This document shows positions 31,704 through 45,950 of a stretch of 64,000 nucleotides of DNA, one piece after another. The stretch lies in the NCBI RefSeq assembly GCF_009914755.1, contig NC_060926.1; one strand, written 5' to 3'. The notes beneath the pieces are model-generated. The model saw only the letters and a program-made list of their open reading frames with translations. It did not search any database and had not been told where the DNA came from. This DNA comes from the human T2T-CHM13v2.0 reference genome, Homo sapiens. The translations under genes and the position numbers were made by a program. Each line of letters starts with the position of its first letter. The first letter of the stretch is position 1.

Positions 31704-32938
31704 CCTTATAGTCTCCAGATAAATAATGATCCCCTTAGCTTCAACTTTAGAAGTTAGCAGGAGAGAACCACCCACCAAGCCTCGGGGTCTATTAGGTCTC
31801 CAAACTACAAGAAAGATTTCTAATTTTAGCATGAAGTAGAGGTAGGTACCTTTTTCACACAGAACAATAGAACTGGTCATTTTTATCACATCTTTTCTCT
31901 TTATATCCCTGAATTTCCTCTGAATTAGGCCTAACAGGAACTTCTTGTAAACGGGAAATAATAATGCTTTGGAGTTCTTAAACCCATTTTCCTCAGGAAT
32001 CTAAAAAATGTTAAGAATACTGGTTCATTAATCAACAGACTAACAACAGTCTAGACATACTCTGCCATTTAAATTTATGTATATTTAGAAAAATCAAGCC
32101 TTAGAAGAGAATGGCTAACATCCCATCTAGAAACAGAAACTGAACCAAGGTCTAAGATTCGGAGCCCCACGGCTCCCCTGAGCCGACACCCTGAGCACAC
32201 ATGTATGTTCCTTTGGGTTATTAGATTTTCTTTTGGTTCCAATCATTCACAGTTAATTCCTTATATTATTTCATATTTCACCTACTCTACTTCATTTCAA
32301 TATTCTCCCACCCCTTAGTTGTCTGAAGGAACCAAATTTAATATGCTGAGTCTTGGCCTTAAATACTTAGTAATGTTTCCAAGAGGAAATATACAATTGC
32401 CAAAAGGTTTTGTTTCTTTATTTTTTAAAGACCAGTTATTAAAATTTCTGTAGAACGACTTTTGTAGCAATAAAAGCCAAATATTGACTAATTAACAGAG
32501 AACTAGAGAATGAGATCATCAATATTTATGGGATTTTTTCTTCTGATTAATTTTCAGTATTTTGCATAAGAAACCTGAGTTTTCTTAGTCAGTGTTGTTT
32601 AGTAAGTGTATTCATTTTCCAGTAGTAAGTACATAAAGGTGCCACTAATGAGAACCAAGCATTGACTTCCTGGGATTCATTTGAATGCTTATATACACAC
32701 CATTTTTCCAATCTTTCCCTATTTTTTAAACTGTATTTTCTCCACAGCAGTACAAAGTATTATTTAACTAACCTCCAACACATTGGTTTTCTGGCTTTCA
32801 GATTTCATAACCAATAGAAAAATAAATGTTTTAATTAAGGAACTGGCATAACATTGCCAATTTCTTATTTTGCCAATTACAGTTATAAAATAATAATTAA
32901 ACTCTACAACTTATTTTATTACCATCATTTCCTTCAAG

Positions 32939-33122
32939 CAGTGGTTCTCAAACTAGCATGTGTCAGAATCACCTGGAGGGCTTGTTAAGGCACAGATGGC
33001 TGGGGCCCACCTGCAGAGCTTCTGATTCTGTGAGTCTCAGAGCCCAAGTATGTGCATTTCCAACAAGTTCCCACGTGACGCTGCTGCCACTGCTCTTTGG
33101 AACCACACTTTGAAAACCACTG
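32939..33122 (-). mobile_element. MER5A
   Basis: cagtggttctcaaac...cagaatcacctggagggcttgttaa...tttgaaaaccactg TIRs. Confidence 0.9.
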
Positions 33123-33408
33123 CATTAAAGAGAGGACATTTCAGGAGCAAAAAGGAAGACAAGAGGCAATCTCAGAATAAAAAAAAAATCAATTAAATTA
33201 AGTAAATTTAGCTTTATTTTTTCTACTTCTCCCAGGTCAGTTTCACAAACAGTAACAATGTCTCTGAAGTAACATTTAGAAACTTTCTGATAACTAGCCT
33301 TAGCCAGCCAGCCACATGTAGTTATTGAGCACTCCAAATATGACTAGTCCAAATGGAGATTTGCTCTAAGTGCAAGATACACACTAGATTTTAAAGATTT
33401 ACTACAAA

Positions 33409-33707
33409 GGGCATGGTGGCTCAGGCCTATAATCCCAGCACTTCAGGAAGCTAAGGCAGGAGGATTGCTTGAGCCCAAGAGTTTGAGACCAGTCTGGGCA
33501 ACACAGTGAGACCCCATCCCTACAAAAGATTCTGAAAATTAGCCATGCGCGGTGGAGTATGCCTGCAGTCCCAGCTACTGGGGAGGTCAAGGCGGGAGGA
33601 TCATTTGAGCCCAGGGCATCAAAGGTGCAATGAGCTCGGATCACGCCACTGCACTCCAGCCTGAGCCACAGAATGAGACCCTGTCTCAATCAGAAAAAAA
33701 AAAAAAA
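33409..33707 (+). mobile_element. AluJ
   Basis: ggaggattgcttgagccc, acagtgagacccc. Confidence 0.92.
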
Positions 33708-33757
33708 GACTCATTACCAAAAAAGAGAATATATTTCACTAATAATTTTTATACTGA

Positions 33758-34107
<350 letters not shown>

Positions 34108-34124
34108 TAGAAAACTGTTAACTG

Positions 34125-34392
34125 CTTTGGGAGGTCAAGGTGGGTGGATCACCTGAGGTCAGGAGTTCGAGACCAGCCTGACCAACATGGAGAAACCCTG
34201 TCTCTACTAAAAATACAAAAAATCAGCCAGGCGTGGTGGCGCATGCCTGTAATCCCAGCTACTCAGAGGCTGAGACAGAAGAATCGCTTGAACCCGGGAG
34301 GCGGAGGTTGCAGCGAGCCTAGAGTGCACCATTACACTCCAGCCCGGGAAACAAGAGTAAAACTCCGTCTCAAAAAAAAAAAGGAAAAATAA
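34125..34392 (+). mobile_element. 5'-truncated AluSp
   Basis: Starts at ctttgggagg; TSD agaaaactgttaa(c/t)tgc at 34109 and 34393. Confidence 0.92.
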
Positions 34393-34452
34393 AGAAAACT
34401 GTTAATTGCATATGTGGCTCTTATAATTCCATCAGGCAGCATTGCCCTAGAG

Positions 34453-34631
34453 CAATGGCTCTCAGTGTAGTCTCTAGACCAGCAGCATCAATATCACCTG
34501 GGAACATATGAGAAACACAAATCCCACCCCAAACCTATTGAATCAGAATCTCTATGGATAGGGATCAGCAGTCTACATTTTAACAAGCCCTTCAAGAGAT
34601 TCTGATGCATGGTAAAGTATAAGAACCACTG
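34453..34631 (+). mobile_element. MER5A
   Basis: gaccagcagcatcaatatcacctgggaac...ttttaacaagccc...aagaaccactg. Confidence 0.88.
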
Positions 34632-34637
34632 CTAGAA

Positions 34638-34790
34638 CAGTGCTTTTCAAACTTTAATGTGCATACAAATCACCTGGGGATCTTTAAAAATTCAGATTCT
34701 AGTTCAGTAGGAACTCAAGATTCTGCAGCTATAACAAATGCCACATAATACTGGATACTGGTGGTTCTGATCATTCTTTGAGTGACAGGG
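34638..34790. mobile_element. MER5B-like
   Basis: cagtgcttttcaaactttaatgtgcatacaaatcacctggggatctt. Confidence 0.75.
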
Positions 34791-35061
34791 ACCTACTTGT
34801 AACATTTACTCCTTATTGAGCACTCTAACCAATATCCAAAACAAACAAATCAGCACACATCCCTAAACTCCAAAGGATTCCCACCTCAAGATTCCAGTTA
34901 GGCTGCTCTAAGGGAGAGGAATTGTGATTCACTGACAGAAGGAATTTTGTCAAGACTCTGAGAGATATAAATTCTTCCATTTAATTGTTTGCATTATCAG
35001 AAAACCTGCCATGCTCATCTAATAAGAAAGCGTGTGTTCGTATTCCTATTTTCTCCAGTAG

Positions 35062-35247
35062 GTTAATGGTGATTCAATATATTTAGAGCTGGAAGCTAAT
35101 TCTACAAGCCTGGAACATTTGAATGAAAAATGGGCACTCTGGCTGCATCTCCCTTGGCAAAGTGATCCATTTAATCAGCACTGTTGTTTATATCTAGAGA
35201 GTGGGTTTTAATCTGAGTTACTATCTGCTGGCTTTAACTCAGAAAAG
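35062..35247 (+). other. candidate non-coding exon
   Basis: NAGNAG acceptor ttcctattttctccagtag, donor AAG|gtaagt; the frame starting at 35062 closes after 49 codons. Confidence 0.2.
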
Positions 35248-36454
35248 GTAAGTAGGATAAGAAAAGAAAAGAAAAGGAAACTCTTCTCTTGAGCTGCACT
35301 GAGTTCATTTTTTGTTTATCCTTCATGACAAGAGCCATGTAACAAGAGACAGAGGCAGACTTTCTCAAATTCTGCTTGATTCCAAGGAAACTCCACCATA
35401 CATCTGAGAAGCAGCTGCTCCCATATTTGAGAGTGGTGTTATTTTTTCTGCTTTCCCCCCATTCTCATTTTCCCTTTATTATATTTTCTCCACAACGTCT
35501 ATAGTAGACAAATATAGAAAAACAGACATTATTTACAAGCGTCTGGAGAAAAAAAATTTTATAATTCAACTGAAATGATAGAAAGTGACTAATAATTGTT
35601 CAGCTTTTATCATGTTTTTTATGTCATGTTTTTTAATAAACCAGAGGGGAAATCTAGGAAGTTAGGAAACATGTCTTCTATAAAACTTCTTTAAATTATA
35701 GAAAGCTTCATTTTTTAAAACCAAAGTCCATCTCTTTTATTGTTTATTAACCACTTTATTGTTAAGTATAAGAAGAAAAAACACAAAATTAAATGGGTGA
35801 GTTGGGTTTTTAAGGTAAATGTGATTTATTACCCTTCTCTGTCAGTTTTGATAAAAAACCTATATGTGGTACATAATTCATGCTAGGTACAAGAATTTGC
35901 TATAAAATAAAGTTTTGGTCTATATACATATGCATACTTTTTTTTCAACATTTATTCATTGAGTTAAAGGCAACAATTAAATTCTACTTATAAAATCCTT
36001 AGTCATGAGAAGTCAGTCCATTTTGTGCCTAGACCTTATGGCCATTTCAAGAGCCATATAATGCCAGGCCAATAAAATTAAAAACTTGTTACTGAGATCT
36101 GTGAAGATTGCTCCTATGTTGCTATAAATATAAAACAATCATTTATTGTTTAGACACAGAAAGTGAAAATAAGTTCTATAAATCATTGGGTTAGCTACCA
36201 TATGGTAAAAGCTTAAATTCAATATTCATTGTACTTGAAAACAGGCAATATGTGTCTTTTGCATGAGTTTAGATAGTGATGTGTGATCATAGTGGGGTAA
36301 GTGTTTCTGGCAATTGAATTTTCCAGGAAAGGGAAAATGCTTTGTGGGGTCAATTGAGGAATGTATAAGGTATCCTGAAGAGCCGGGACATTTAACAGGC
36401 CATCTCTTGGGGTAGGACACTCAGGGTTCCCCTGGTCACACAGATCACTGGAAC

Positions 36455-36560
36455 AAATTGCTGTTACACAGACCTGGTGTTGAATCCCAGATATCCTTAG
36501 TTATGAGCATGTTGACTTTGAGCGAGTCACTTAACCTCTTGGTATTCCAATTTCCTCAAT
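36455..36560 (+). mobile_element. MIR fragment
   Basis: cagacctggtgttgaatccca...tgactttgagcgagtcacttaacctct. Confidence 0.65.
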
Positions 36561-37482
36561 TCAAGTTGACCATGAGTGAATAGCCATGTTTTTCCCAGAA
36601 ATTTCTAGATAAACCATTTTCTTCCTCAGACTCCAGAGCCCTGTGAATTTTAGATCCTTTTAAAACTTGGGAGGAAAACATCTACTTTCTATTGGTGTTG
36701 AATGTATTATAAATAATATGTGTAGAGTCCCTGGAACACAGTTAGTGCCCACTAACCGTACTGCGCAAATGTTCAGGAAGACAGGAGGAAGGCAATCCAG
36801 GAGAACTGACAGAGTTCTCCTTGCTTCTCTTCCCACTCCGTCCTACGTAGTGACTCTGAGCCTTTGAACTCCGGCTGCTGAAAAATGGGAGAGATACTTA
36901 TTTTCTTTGATTAAACCACTGAAGGTCTGTGTAATTTTTTGAATGCCATGGGATTTTCAATTCACTCAAAAACCAGTGCTTATGCTGCTATGTTTTCATT
37001 ACACATTTTCCTTACCTTCCCCAAATCCTAGCTTTATCCACTCTTTCATTTATTTGTGTTTATTCACCAAATCTTTATTTAACACTACTGTGTTAGATTT
37101 TAATGCGAGAGGAATTTTTTACACCTGCATTTCTCTAACTTCCCATATCTGAGGAAGCACCTGAAACACAGAGCTCAAGACCAGCACCACTTAGCTAAAA
37201 GTCTGGTCAAAAGATCACATTGATGATAATTGTAAATGAACTGACTATAGGGTCCAAAAGATTCCATGTTGCATTCAGAGTAAAATGCAACATGGCTTTT
37301 TGTGTGGCTCCTGCTGACCTCTCTAGGAACACCTCCCCTCACTCTGCACCAAATATTTTAGAGAGCTCAAGCATCTCTTCCTCCCAGAAACATTCCTAAA
37401 GTCCTAGCCTCCTCCCCATCTCCACTGTATCTACCACAAGGTACTCTAATTTTCTGCTGAACTGATCGCTCCTCCTAGAGGC

Positions 37483-37612
37483 CAGTGGTTCTCAAGCTTT
37501 ATGGAGAATCAGATTTAGTGGGTCTGGGGTAAGGCAAGAGAATATGCAATTCTAACAAGTTTCCAGGGATGCCAATGCTGCTGGATAGAGATCACACCTT
37601 AAGAATATCTGC
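37483..37612. mobile_element. MER5 (deleted form)
   Basis: cagtggttctcaagc...gtgggtctggggtaaggcaagagaatatgcaattctaacaag. Confidence 0.7.
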
Positions 37613-37644
37613 TCTAACCTACCAGTTCTAACAGGAAAAAAATC

Positions 37645-37730
37645 CCAATTTACTTTATTTTGTATCCCTGATACCTAACACAGTATGGCATACAGTAGAC
37701 AGTCAAACGACATTTGTTGAATAGAAATAA
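37645..37730 (+). mobile_element. L2 3' end
   Basis: tgtatccctgatacctaacacagtatggcatacagtagacagtcaa...atttgttgaat. Confidence 0.65.
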
Positions 37731-37929
37731 TGTATGAACTAGTGAATCCCTTGTTATTTTGTGTTGAATGGAATGACAAATTGGTCTCCAAGTGTAAGAA
37801 CCCAAGACACTCCTCCATCAGTATTAAGTTACCTCTTATAATAAGTAGAGGGAAAGTGCTCCTCTCCTGGCCTCTGAGCTCCAGCATACTATCTGGTGCT
37901 GCTGAAAGTACAACTTGAAAATGCAATTT

Positions 37930-38116
37930 ATTTTAGACAGGTTCTCACTCTGTTGCCCAGCCTGCAATGCAGTGATGCAATCATAGCTCACTGCAGCCTC
38001 AAACTCCTGGACTCAAGCGATCTTCCTTCCTCAGCCACCCAAGCAGCTGGGACTACAGGCACATACCACCGCACCTGGCTACAATAATTTTTGCATTTTT
38101 TGTAGAGATGGGAGTC
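37930..38116 (-). mobile_element. AluJ right arm / FRAM-like
   Basis: atcatagctcactgcagcctcaaactcctgg...tttttgtagagatgg. Confidence 0.85.
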
Positions 38117-40179
38117 TGATCTAAATTTTATTTTTAATACATAAAATTATGAAAGGCTTGATTTGGCTGAAGACAAAAATGTAAACAAACCTTCTCTATG
38201 GTTAAATATTCCTTCTTTAATAGTATTCATATGCAAATAAGTAAAAGAAGACAAGTAAGATACTGGCATTAGAAATATGTCTTGAAGGCCACTAAGTTTA
38301 TTTCAAAAAAAGTATGAAGTGCTCTTTCCCAAGATCAATACCTTAAATCAAGTTGACCAAATTTATTTGATAATCTGAGAGTTTTGTTTAAAGTACAGAT
38401 ACCCAGGACCCTCCTGTGGAGAGTCTAAATTTCAACAGCATATAATGGGGCCCCCAGAAATCAGTCTTTTTTAACAAGTTTCAGGTGGGGCCCACATAGT
38501 GATTGCTTTAAGCTGCCCATCAATTAACTAACTAATTAACAAGCAGCTAGTACTGAGAACCACTGCAGGAACTCACGTAAAAATTTTCTCATGAAACTAT
38601 TTTTGGCCTAATATTTTTCACCTGGAACAGGTTAGGTCATGGTGCAAAAAGCCAGGTTCTCAATCTGGAATGTTACTTTCTTGCCCTTTGGTTTCCTGGA
38701 GGGAATAAATGTGTAAGGCATTTCTACCACAGATCAAGTTTTGCGTCATGACACAATGGGGCATGAGCCACTCCAACAATAACAATAGAACCATTAGTCA
38801 AAAGACCTCAGGAAAAAGGGAAACCTGTCACAGGATGACGACAATTACCCAATTATTCTGAACATAAAAAGTAAACCTTTAATATTTGTCTTATGGCATC
38901 AGAACTATGGCATGATCTGGAGAAGTAATTAGCATATTGGAATTTTATGCTGGTACAATGTCAGGGTAAAATAAAGGTGGGCTCTGGAATGTACGGTGGG
39001 GAGGGTGGAACTAGAAATGGTCTTGCATTTGAGTACAAATATGGTGGTATCAACAATTAACTTTCCGCTAAAAAATAGTTTTCCTGTTTATACGTATGTA
39101 CTGGTAGAAAAAAATTTGATGTTGTTAGATATTATGTTTGGAATAGGACTTCCTTTGAGATAAGGTTATTTAAGATGATAATTTTAATTCAGAAAGTGAA
39201 ATGTTCTATCTTTTAAAAAATCAGATTATCTTGAAATCATACGTGCTTTCCTACCTCACTTCACTCACTTGCCTTCATGTTAAATCTCAAGAATAAAATC
39301 CAAGCATTTCAGCAAATCACTCTACATTGACCTCTGCCCAAAGATCTAGAGGAGGCCAGTCAGGCTTCGAAAGGACTGAGGCACTTCGGTTCATTAAATT
39401 GTTTAATATGAGCACTAATTTTTACAATCGTGTAATAAAAGTAGGTGTTTTCCAAAATGAACCGTAGACAAAGATAGAAAAGAATATATGCCTCTAGGAC
39501 ACACACCCATGGGGACTTTACAGCTAAGAAGTCGTTATTTTGCTAAAAATTAGTGTTGCAAAGTGCCATTCATTGTTAGCATAGCACCAGCACATAGGAG
39601 TCACCAGATGAATGTTTGATGACATTAGTTTTCTTTTATAACTGCCCATGTCTTTCATTAAACAATGACCATCAAAGAAATTATTTCTTACAAAAGAACA
39701 ATTTGAGGAATGAGAGGCTGCAAATGTACAAACTACAGTTCACTGCATTTTTAATAAGAATTTTGAGCACAATAAAGATTTTATATCCAAATATATTATG
39801 AAAAAATGGATGCTAATGCTATGTTAAAAGGTTACCACACTAGGTTTATTTGCCTCTTTCTTCTTTTCTCATATCCTAAGTCATAGGCTTTAAAACAAAA
39901 TCAGGTCTGAGATTCATGTAATCGTCCCCATTTTAGTGTCTGTGCCGTCTTTGGGCATCACTTGGTCCTGTCCGCCAGTGATCATGAAGGGAGCCTGGTC
40001 TGCACTGGCTAGGAAGGGAGGCATTGCAGCAGGCTCTGCCTCGGTCCACGCTTCACTCCCACCCGATCCCCCACTGACTCAGCTCATCTTCAACATCTTG
40101 TGTGGAAGATAAAATCATTGTGATGTACAGAAAAATCTACACCGAAAACAGGAATAAGAACAACCTCCCTCTCTCCTAT

Positions 40180-40340
40180 CACCTGAATTCACATGGCTAC
40201 TTAAAGTTAGTAAATTCAATAAAATTAGAGTTTAGTTCCTCAGTTGCAGTAGCCACACTTCCAGTACTCAATAGCCGTCTGTGCCTAGTGGCTACCATAT
40301 TCATTATTGCAGGGATAGGAAGGTCTATTGGACAGCGCTA
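40180..40340. mobile_element. MER3-like hAT MITE
   Basis: tttagttcctcagttgcagtagccacacttcc...gtgcctagtggctaccatatt...ctattggacagcgct. Confidence 0.75.
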
Positions 40341-40577
40341 GTCTCCAGAGGGCCAGCTAAGGAGGGGAATAACGGTCCCCTAACCACTTGACACGTTAGC
40401 CAAGGAGGAGGAAAGAAAGAAACAGTGTAGTTCCCTTTTTTCCTTAGAAAACTGTTTTACTTCCACCAAAACTAGCCTGAGTGGATTCCATCCTTTCTCT
40501 TCCCCAAATCTTGCCTCCTTCCTGACTACAGTGGGGAAAGAAGTGGTAGTGTGTGAGAGATTTTGAAAGCAATTTTA

Positions 40578-40915
<338 letters not shown>

Positions 40916-41339
40916 TTTTTTTTTTTTAAGTGATATGCCTGCATTTGCATTGCTGGCTCATGCTTGAAACCAGCTCACTGAGGTAACTTCTATATGGAAG
41001 TTGCTCCTGTAATCCCTAGGTGTTCCACATGGGCACATTGATTCAATTGAAGTTATTTTAGTAAGGCAATCATCATACTGATTGTTACTTGGAATTCATA
41101 TTCATGCTGCTTTAAGTAATAGCCTTTAACTTAATTTCAAAGCTTTAAAATAATTGTTTTAATATTGATGAAGACCGGTCTTGCTACCAATCTTAAATAA
41201 AAATCTTATTGGCAACAATCCTACATATATTAGAATATAAAAAGAATAATAACCAATAGTAATGAAGTCATTTTTTTCTTCTTCATGTCTGAAGAGCACA
41301 CCCTTCTATTTCCAACACACATGGGTGAAGCTGAAGAGA

Positions 41340-41660
41340 CTGACTATGGTAGACATTAGTAACATTCCCCCGTATTCAAGTGTTCTCCACTTCAGGACAC
41401 ACAAAGATTATAATTCCCCCATCCCCCTTATTTTATACATAGCTATGTAATTATTTCTGGCCAATGAAATGAGAAAAGGAAGTGAAATGCATTGTTTCCA
41501 GGCAAAAGCAGTAATTGGCAGTCTGTGACTCCATTTTTCTCTTCCTCTCTTTGATGAGCTCTGAAGTACTGCAAGGGCAGGTCACTATCTGAAGATGGTC
41601 AAACCTCCATCTCTCTAAAACATGATCTTCCTCTGCTGGCATAAGAAACTGTTAGTGTTA
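41340..41660 (+). mobile_element. old MLT1J-like LTR
   Basis: ttctggccaatgaaatgag...ggaagtgaaatgc...tttccaggcaaaagc. Confidence 0.5.
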
Positions 41661-41784
41661 CTTTGAGATATGAAACCAGATTTTTTCATGTGTCTGTCAG
41701 TTAAATACCATTATTTAATTCTTTTAGGGCTCTTTTTGAGAGTGAGTCTCCAATAAAACTCTATTAGGATGTGCTATGGTTGTT

Positions 41785-41925
41785 TTTTGTTTAAGGTGGA
41801 AACAGAGTTTTGCTATGTTGTCCAGGCTGATCTCAAACTCCTGGACTCAAGTGCTGAGCCTCCCATCTCAGCCTCTCAAAATGCTGAGCCTCCCATCCTA
41901 GCCTCCCAAAATGCTGAGATTACAG
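41785..41925 (-). mobile_element. FLAM / Alu left monomer with a 30-bp tandem duplication
   Basis: gctatgttgtccaggctgatctcaaactcctgg...(tgctgagcctcccatc..agcctc.caaaa)x2. Confidence 0.8.
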
Positions 41926-41964
41926 CATTTGTAATGCCACATTAAATCTTGTGCCATGGATTTA

Positions 41965-42232
<268 letters not shown>

Positions 42233-43057
42233 TGTGTGCCTGGAGCTGTCCTTTCAGTACCATCTGAAATGTCATCCGTGCCCTGACACCACTGCTGTAT
42301 ATTATGTGCGTGTAGGTGAGCTTCATGTGAACCTTCCCTGACACGTCTTCCCTCCTGTGCTCATTGGAGTGGACCTCCATTGTGCATATCATGGTGCACT
42401 GTTAATTATTCATATTTAAGACAGAGAACTTCTGGGAGGGTGTCTTATATTACCCTTTTTCCTCCAATATGTAGCACTTTGTCCGAGAGAAGATAAGTAC
42501 CAAATGTTTGCATGGAGAATGAATAAACAGATGTATTTACAAGTCTGCTCATACCTGGAATGATCTAGAGCCACAAAGAGCCAACTCCCTTTCTTTACAA
42601 TTAACTTCATGTTATTGTTGCCATATTTTAACACTCCTAAGATGACTGCCAATTAGCATACTATATTATAAAGTAAGAGAATGGTGAGTCATTTGTTGAA
42701 AGCCTTTAAAGATCATTCACTAGCACTCAAGGCAAATGATATATGGATAAAAATAGCCAAAAAAGCACAGATTGGGATGATATACTAATATAATTTTAGA
42801 AAAATGATTCCCAACTTTTTAGAAGTGTCATACTTCGTAATTGATTATTGGGTTTTATGACATTTCCTTATCCCAGCCTTAAAATGCTGTTGTTTTATAT
42901 ATTTACTTTCAAAAGGCCTAGGTAAGTGATCAGTTTACCCATATATTTCCTTCTATTTCTCCTTTTCAGTTTTGAAGACAGACAACAATTTTCCTCTATG
43001 TTACTTTCAACTATTATGCTCCAACCACAGCAAGAGTAACTCTGAAAGGTTAATCCC

Positions 43058-43212
43058 TTGGTTCTCAACCTGGCTACATCTTAGAATCACTTGGGGAACT
43101 TTGCTAAAAACACAGATGCCTAGGCCTCACCCCCAAGAGATTGTGATTTAGCTGACTTGGGTATGATCCAGATTATTTTAAAAACCCTACAGTCAGGATT
43201 GAAAACTACTAG
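43058..43212. mobile_element. MER5B-like
   Basis: tggttctcaacctggctacatcttagaatcacttgggg...gattgaaaactact. Confidence 0.65.
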
Positions 43213-43259
43213 TTTAGTCAAATCATCAGTTGGAAAGAACACTGGACTGGGAATAAAAG

Positions 43260-43730
43260 GGTCACTCATTCATTCAATACACATGCTTGTCAGCCTTCTC
43301 ACCACCTACTGAATACTATACTAAGCCCTGGGATGCAAAGATAAATGAAGCACAGCCCTAGAGAGGTTCACCGTCTGACTAAATAGAAAAGTAAATTACT
43401 TAAGTGCTCTAATTAAAAGAAACAGGGGACTATGACAGACCAAAGGAGGAGGGGAATTACTTAATCCTGGCTGGGAGGGTTAGAAAATTCTTTTTGAAAG
43501 AACTACATTGTCCGGGATGTTGAACAAGGTAGCATTTAACCTGGCAAGAAAAGGATAACAAAGACATCCAATAGAGAAGACAACATTCATGAAGTATAAA
43601 ATTGTGATACCGTCAGGGAACTGAAAGCAGTTAATGTGTCTAGAGCTTGCCATTGGGTAAGTCAGGGAGGCAGCTGTGGAAGAGGAGGGGGAAAAGCAGG
43701 CAAGGGCCAGGTCATGACAATCCAAGGGGC
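43260..43730 (-). mobile_element. L2 LINE 3' portion
   Basis: cactcattcattcaa...ctaagccctgggatgcaaagataaatgaagcacag...gggccaggtcatg. Confidence 0.7.
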
Positions 43731-44094
43731 CTCAGTTCTGACAACAAAGTCATCACAAGGTCAGAAGCCACCTGGCTATCTATGAGATATACAGTGACAC
43801 CTGAAATATATTGCCACTGAATTGCGATATACACCTTGCAATGAACTCCTGTTCCTGCCCAGCAACATGAAGGCATGGCCTACAGGGACAGGCCAAGGAG
43901 TGGCTTAGAGTGCTTTAGCTCCTCTGTAATACCTGTTTTTATTCGCCTCTTCCAGGGGCTATCTCAAATGAAAACAAAACCTTGTTGTTATACAAACACA
44001 GCTTCAGTACAAGTCCTTGAACACCTCTTCCAACTGCAGGTCCTCCCCTGAGCCCCATCCTGCCTTTGAAGTGGTATTACATTGTGGTTCAGCT

Positions 44095-44300
44095 CACAGT
44101 TTCTGGAATCAGACCATCTAGATCCAGATTCTGCCTCTTATTACTTACCAGCATTATTATCCTGAACAAGATACTTAACTTATCTAGGCCTTAGTTTACG
44201 TACCTGTAAAATGGAATTATAAACAGTACCTCTTTCAGAGGCTGTGAGAATGCACTGAATGTACAGCACTAAGCACAGGGTCTGGCACAGAGGCAGCATT
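44095..44300 (+). mobile_element. MIR
   Basis: ctggaatcagacc...caagatacttaactta...acctgtaaaatgg. Confidence 0.8.
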
Positions 44301-44329
44301 CCATCTGTATTCGATCTAAAGCTCCACTG

Positions 44330-44487
44330 CAATCAAGGTGGTCCTCACTCCAGCAGCTCCCATGTCACATGGACATGAGTGAGAAATGCCACAGCTTAGG
44401 CCCCACTTCCAGTCACCTAAACCAGAATCTGCTTTTTAACAGGATCCCCAGGTGATTCACATGCACATGAAAGTTTGAGAAACACCG
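44330..44487 (+). mobile_element. MER5A
   Basis: ggccccacttcc...cagaatctgctttttaacaggatccccaggtgattc...aaagtttgagaaac. Confidence 0.75.
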
Positions 44488-44578
44488 CCACAAAGTATTA
44501 TCTAGCTGCAGCATTCTAAAATTTTAAATCTCAAAAGCGGGGAATGATCCTGTTTACTCAAAGTAAGAGTGCTGAAGG

Positions 44579-44790
44579 CAATGGTTCTCGACCTTCACTG
44601 GGCATCAGAATCACATGGTGAACTTCTAAAGAAATCACATATGCCTGGGCCCAACTCCACCAACCCTATGCCACCTCCACCTCCCTAGAGATTCTGATTC
44701 TGTTGACCTAGGTGAGTGGAACCCAGGCATCTTTTTTTTTCTTTTTAACAAAGCTTCCCACATGATTCTAATGATATTGAGACCCACTGG
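44579..44790. mobile_element. MER5-family MITE
   Basis: caatggttctcgacctt...catcagaatcacatgg...agagattctgattc...ttgagacccactg. Confidence 0.75.
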
Positions 44791-45569
44791 TTTAAAGAGA
44801 GCATTAAATTCTGACAAAGTCTACATGGCAACTGGGCTTATCAGGAAAGGAAGCTGAGTCGGTAAAAAGAAGCTAATCTGTGAGTTGAGGAAGCAGTTCC
44901 ACTGAGACCTGCCAGGCGTTTAAAACCTCCGCTGTTCTCCTCAGGCTGTAACGGCCTTACCTTCTCCATGTCTGTACCTGTGGTTTCTACTCCAGTCCTT
45001 CACTCCCCCTCTCCTTAAATCTTGATGAAGGCGCTTGACTCTAGCGTGGCACATTCACCTCCATTGCACCTCTGTCTGCTTCCTCCCCAGCAGCAGCCCT
45101 CTATGGCTCAGGTACTGTCTGGTGACTCAGTCCGTACTGCCCAGTGCCCCACTGTGTGCTCACCCACATCCTATGTTTTTGACCCAGGGCTGGTCCTCGA
45201 TCCTGGTCCTGATGAGAACTAGAAGACACTTTCTCAGGGCCATAATCCCGAGGAAGAAAGAATACAAACCTTCCCCAAAACACAGAAGGCTCAGCAGGCT
45301 AGGGAGAGATCTGCCTTCTTGAAGACAAGAGAACCAGCTTCTCCAAGCTGCAGCTGCTGACGGTTATGCCCCAGTGCTCCTCCTCCCAACTCCAACTAAT
45401 TTTAGCAGCAAAATATCTAATAACACAGAAGAAAATTAAACAATTAAGTGTTGCAATTGTAATCTTTAATTTTGAAAATTTCATAGCAAAATGCTCTGAG
45501 ATTGACCCAAGGGTTAGAAAACACTGATTTCAAAACTTGCTCTTATAAATTAAATCATTGGTTTAGTAG

Positions 45570-45950
45570 CACTAATTCTAAGTGCAATGGGAGGTCATTG
45601 AAGGGTTTGAGTAGAGTTCAAACGTAATCCAATTTGCATTTTTTAAAGACCCTTCTGGTTGCTGTGTGGCAAATAGAATGCAGGTGGCAAAAGTGAAAGC
45701 AGGCAGACCAGTCCAGAAGTGACTACGGGGATCCAGGAACAAGATGGTGGGAAGCTGGACTTGGGTGATGACAGCGAGGATCAACAAAGCCTGTGAGATT
45801 CAAGAGATGTTTTGAAGGTAGAATTAACAGGACTTGCTGATGGATTCAATAAGGTGGGAGGAAAAAAGAGGAACCAAGGATAACTCCTAGGATTCTGGCT
45901 TGAACCTCTGGAGAGAGCCACTTACCATAATGGGAAAGACTAGCAAAGAC
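45570..45950 (-). mobile_element. L2 LINE fragment
   Basis: gtgcaatgggaggtcattgaagggttt...gttttgaaggtagaattaacaggacttgctgatggatt. Confidence 0.8.

Noticed and set aside
40983-41004. Imperfect 22-bp palindrome gtaacttctatatggaagttgc
   Set aside because: Two G-T pairs and short length; no supporting context
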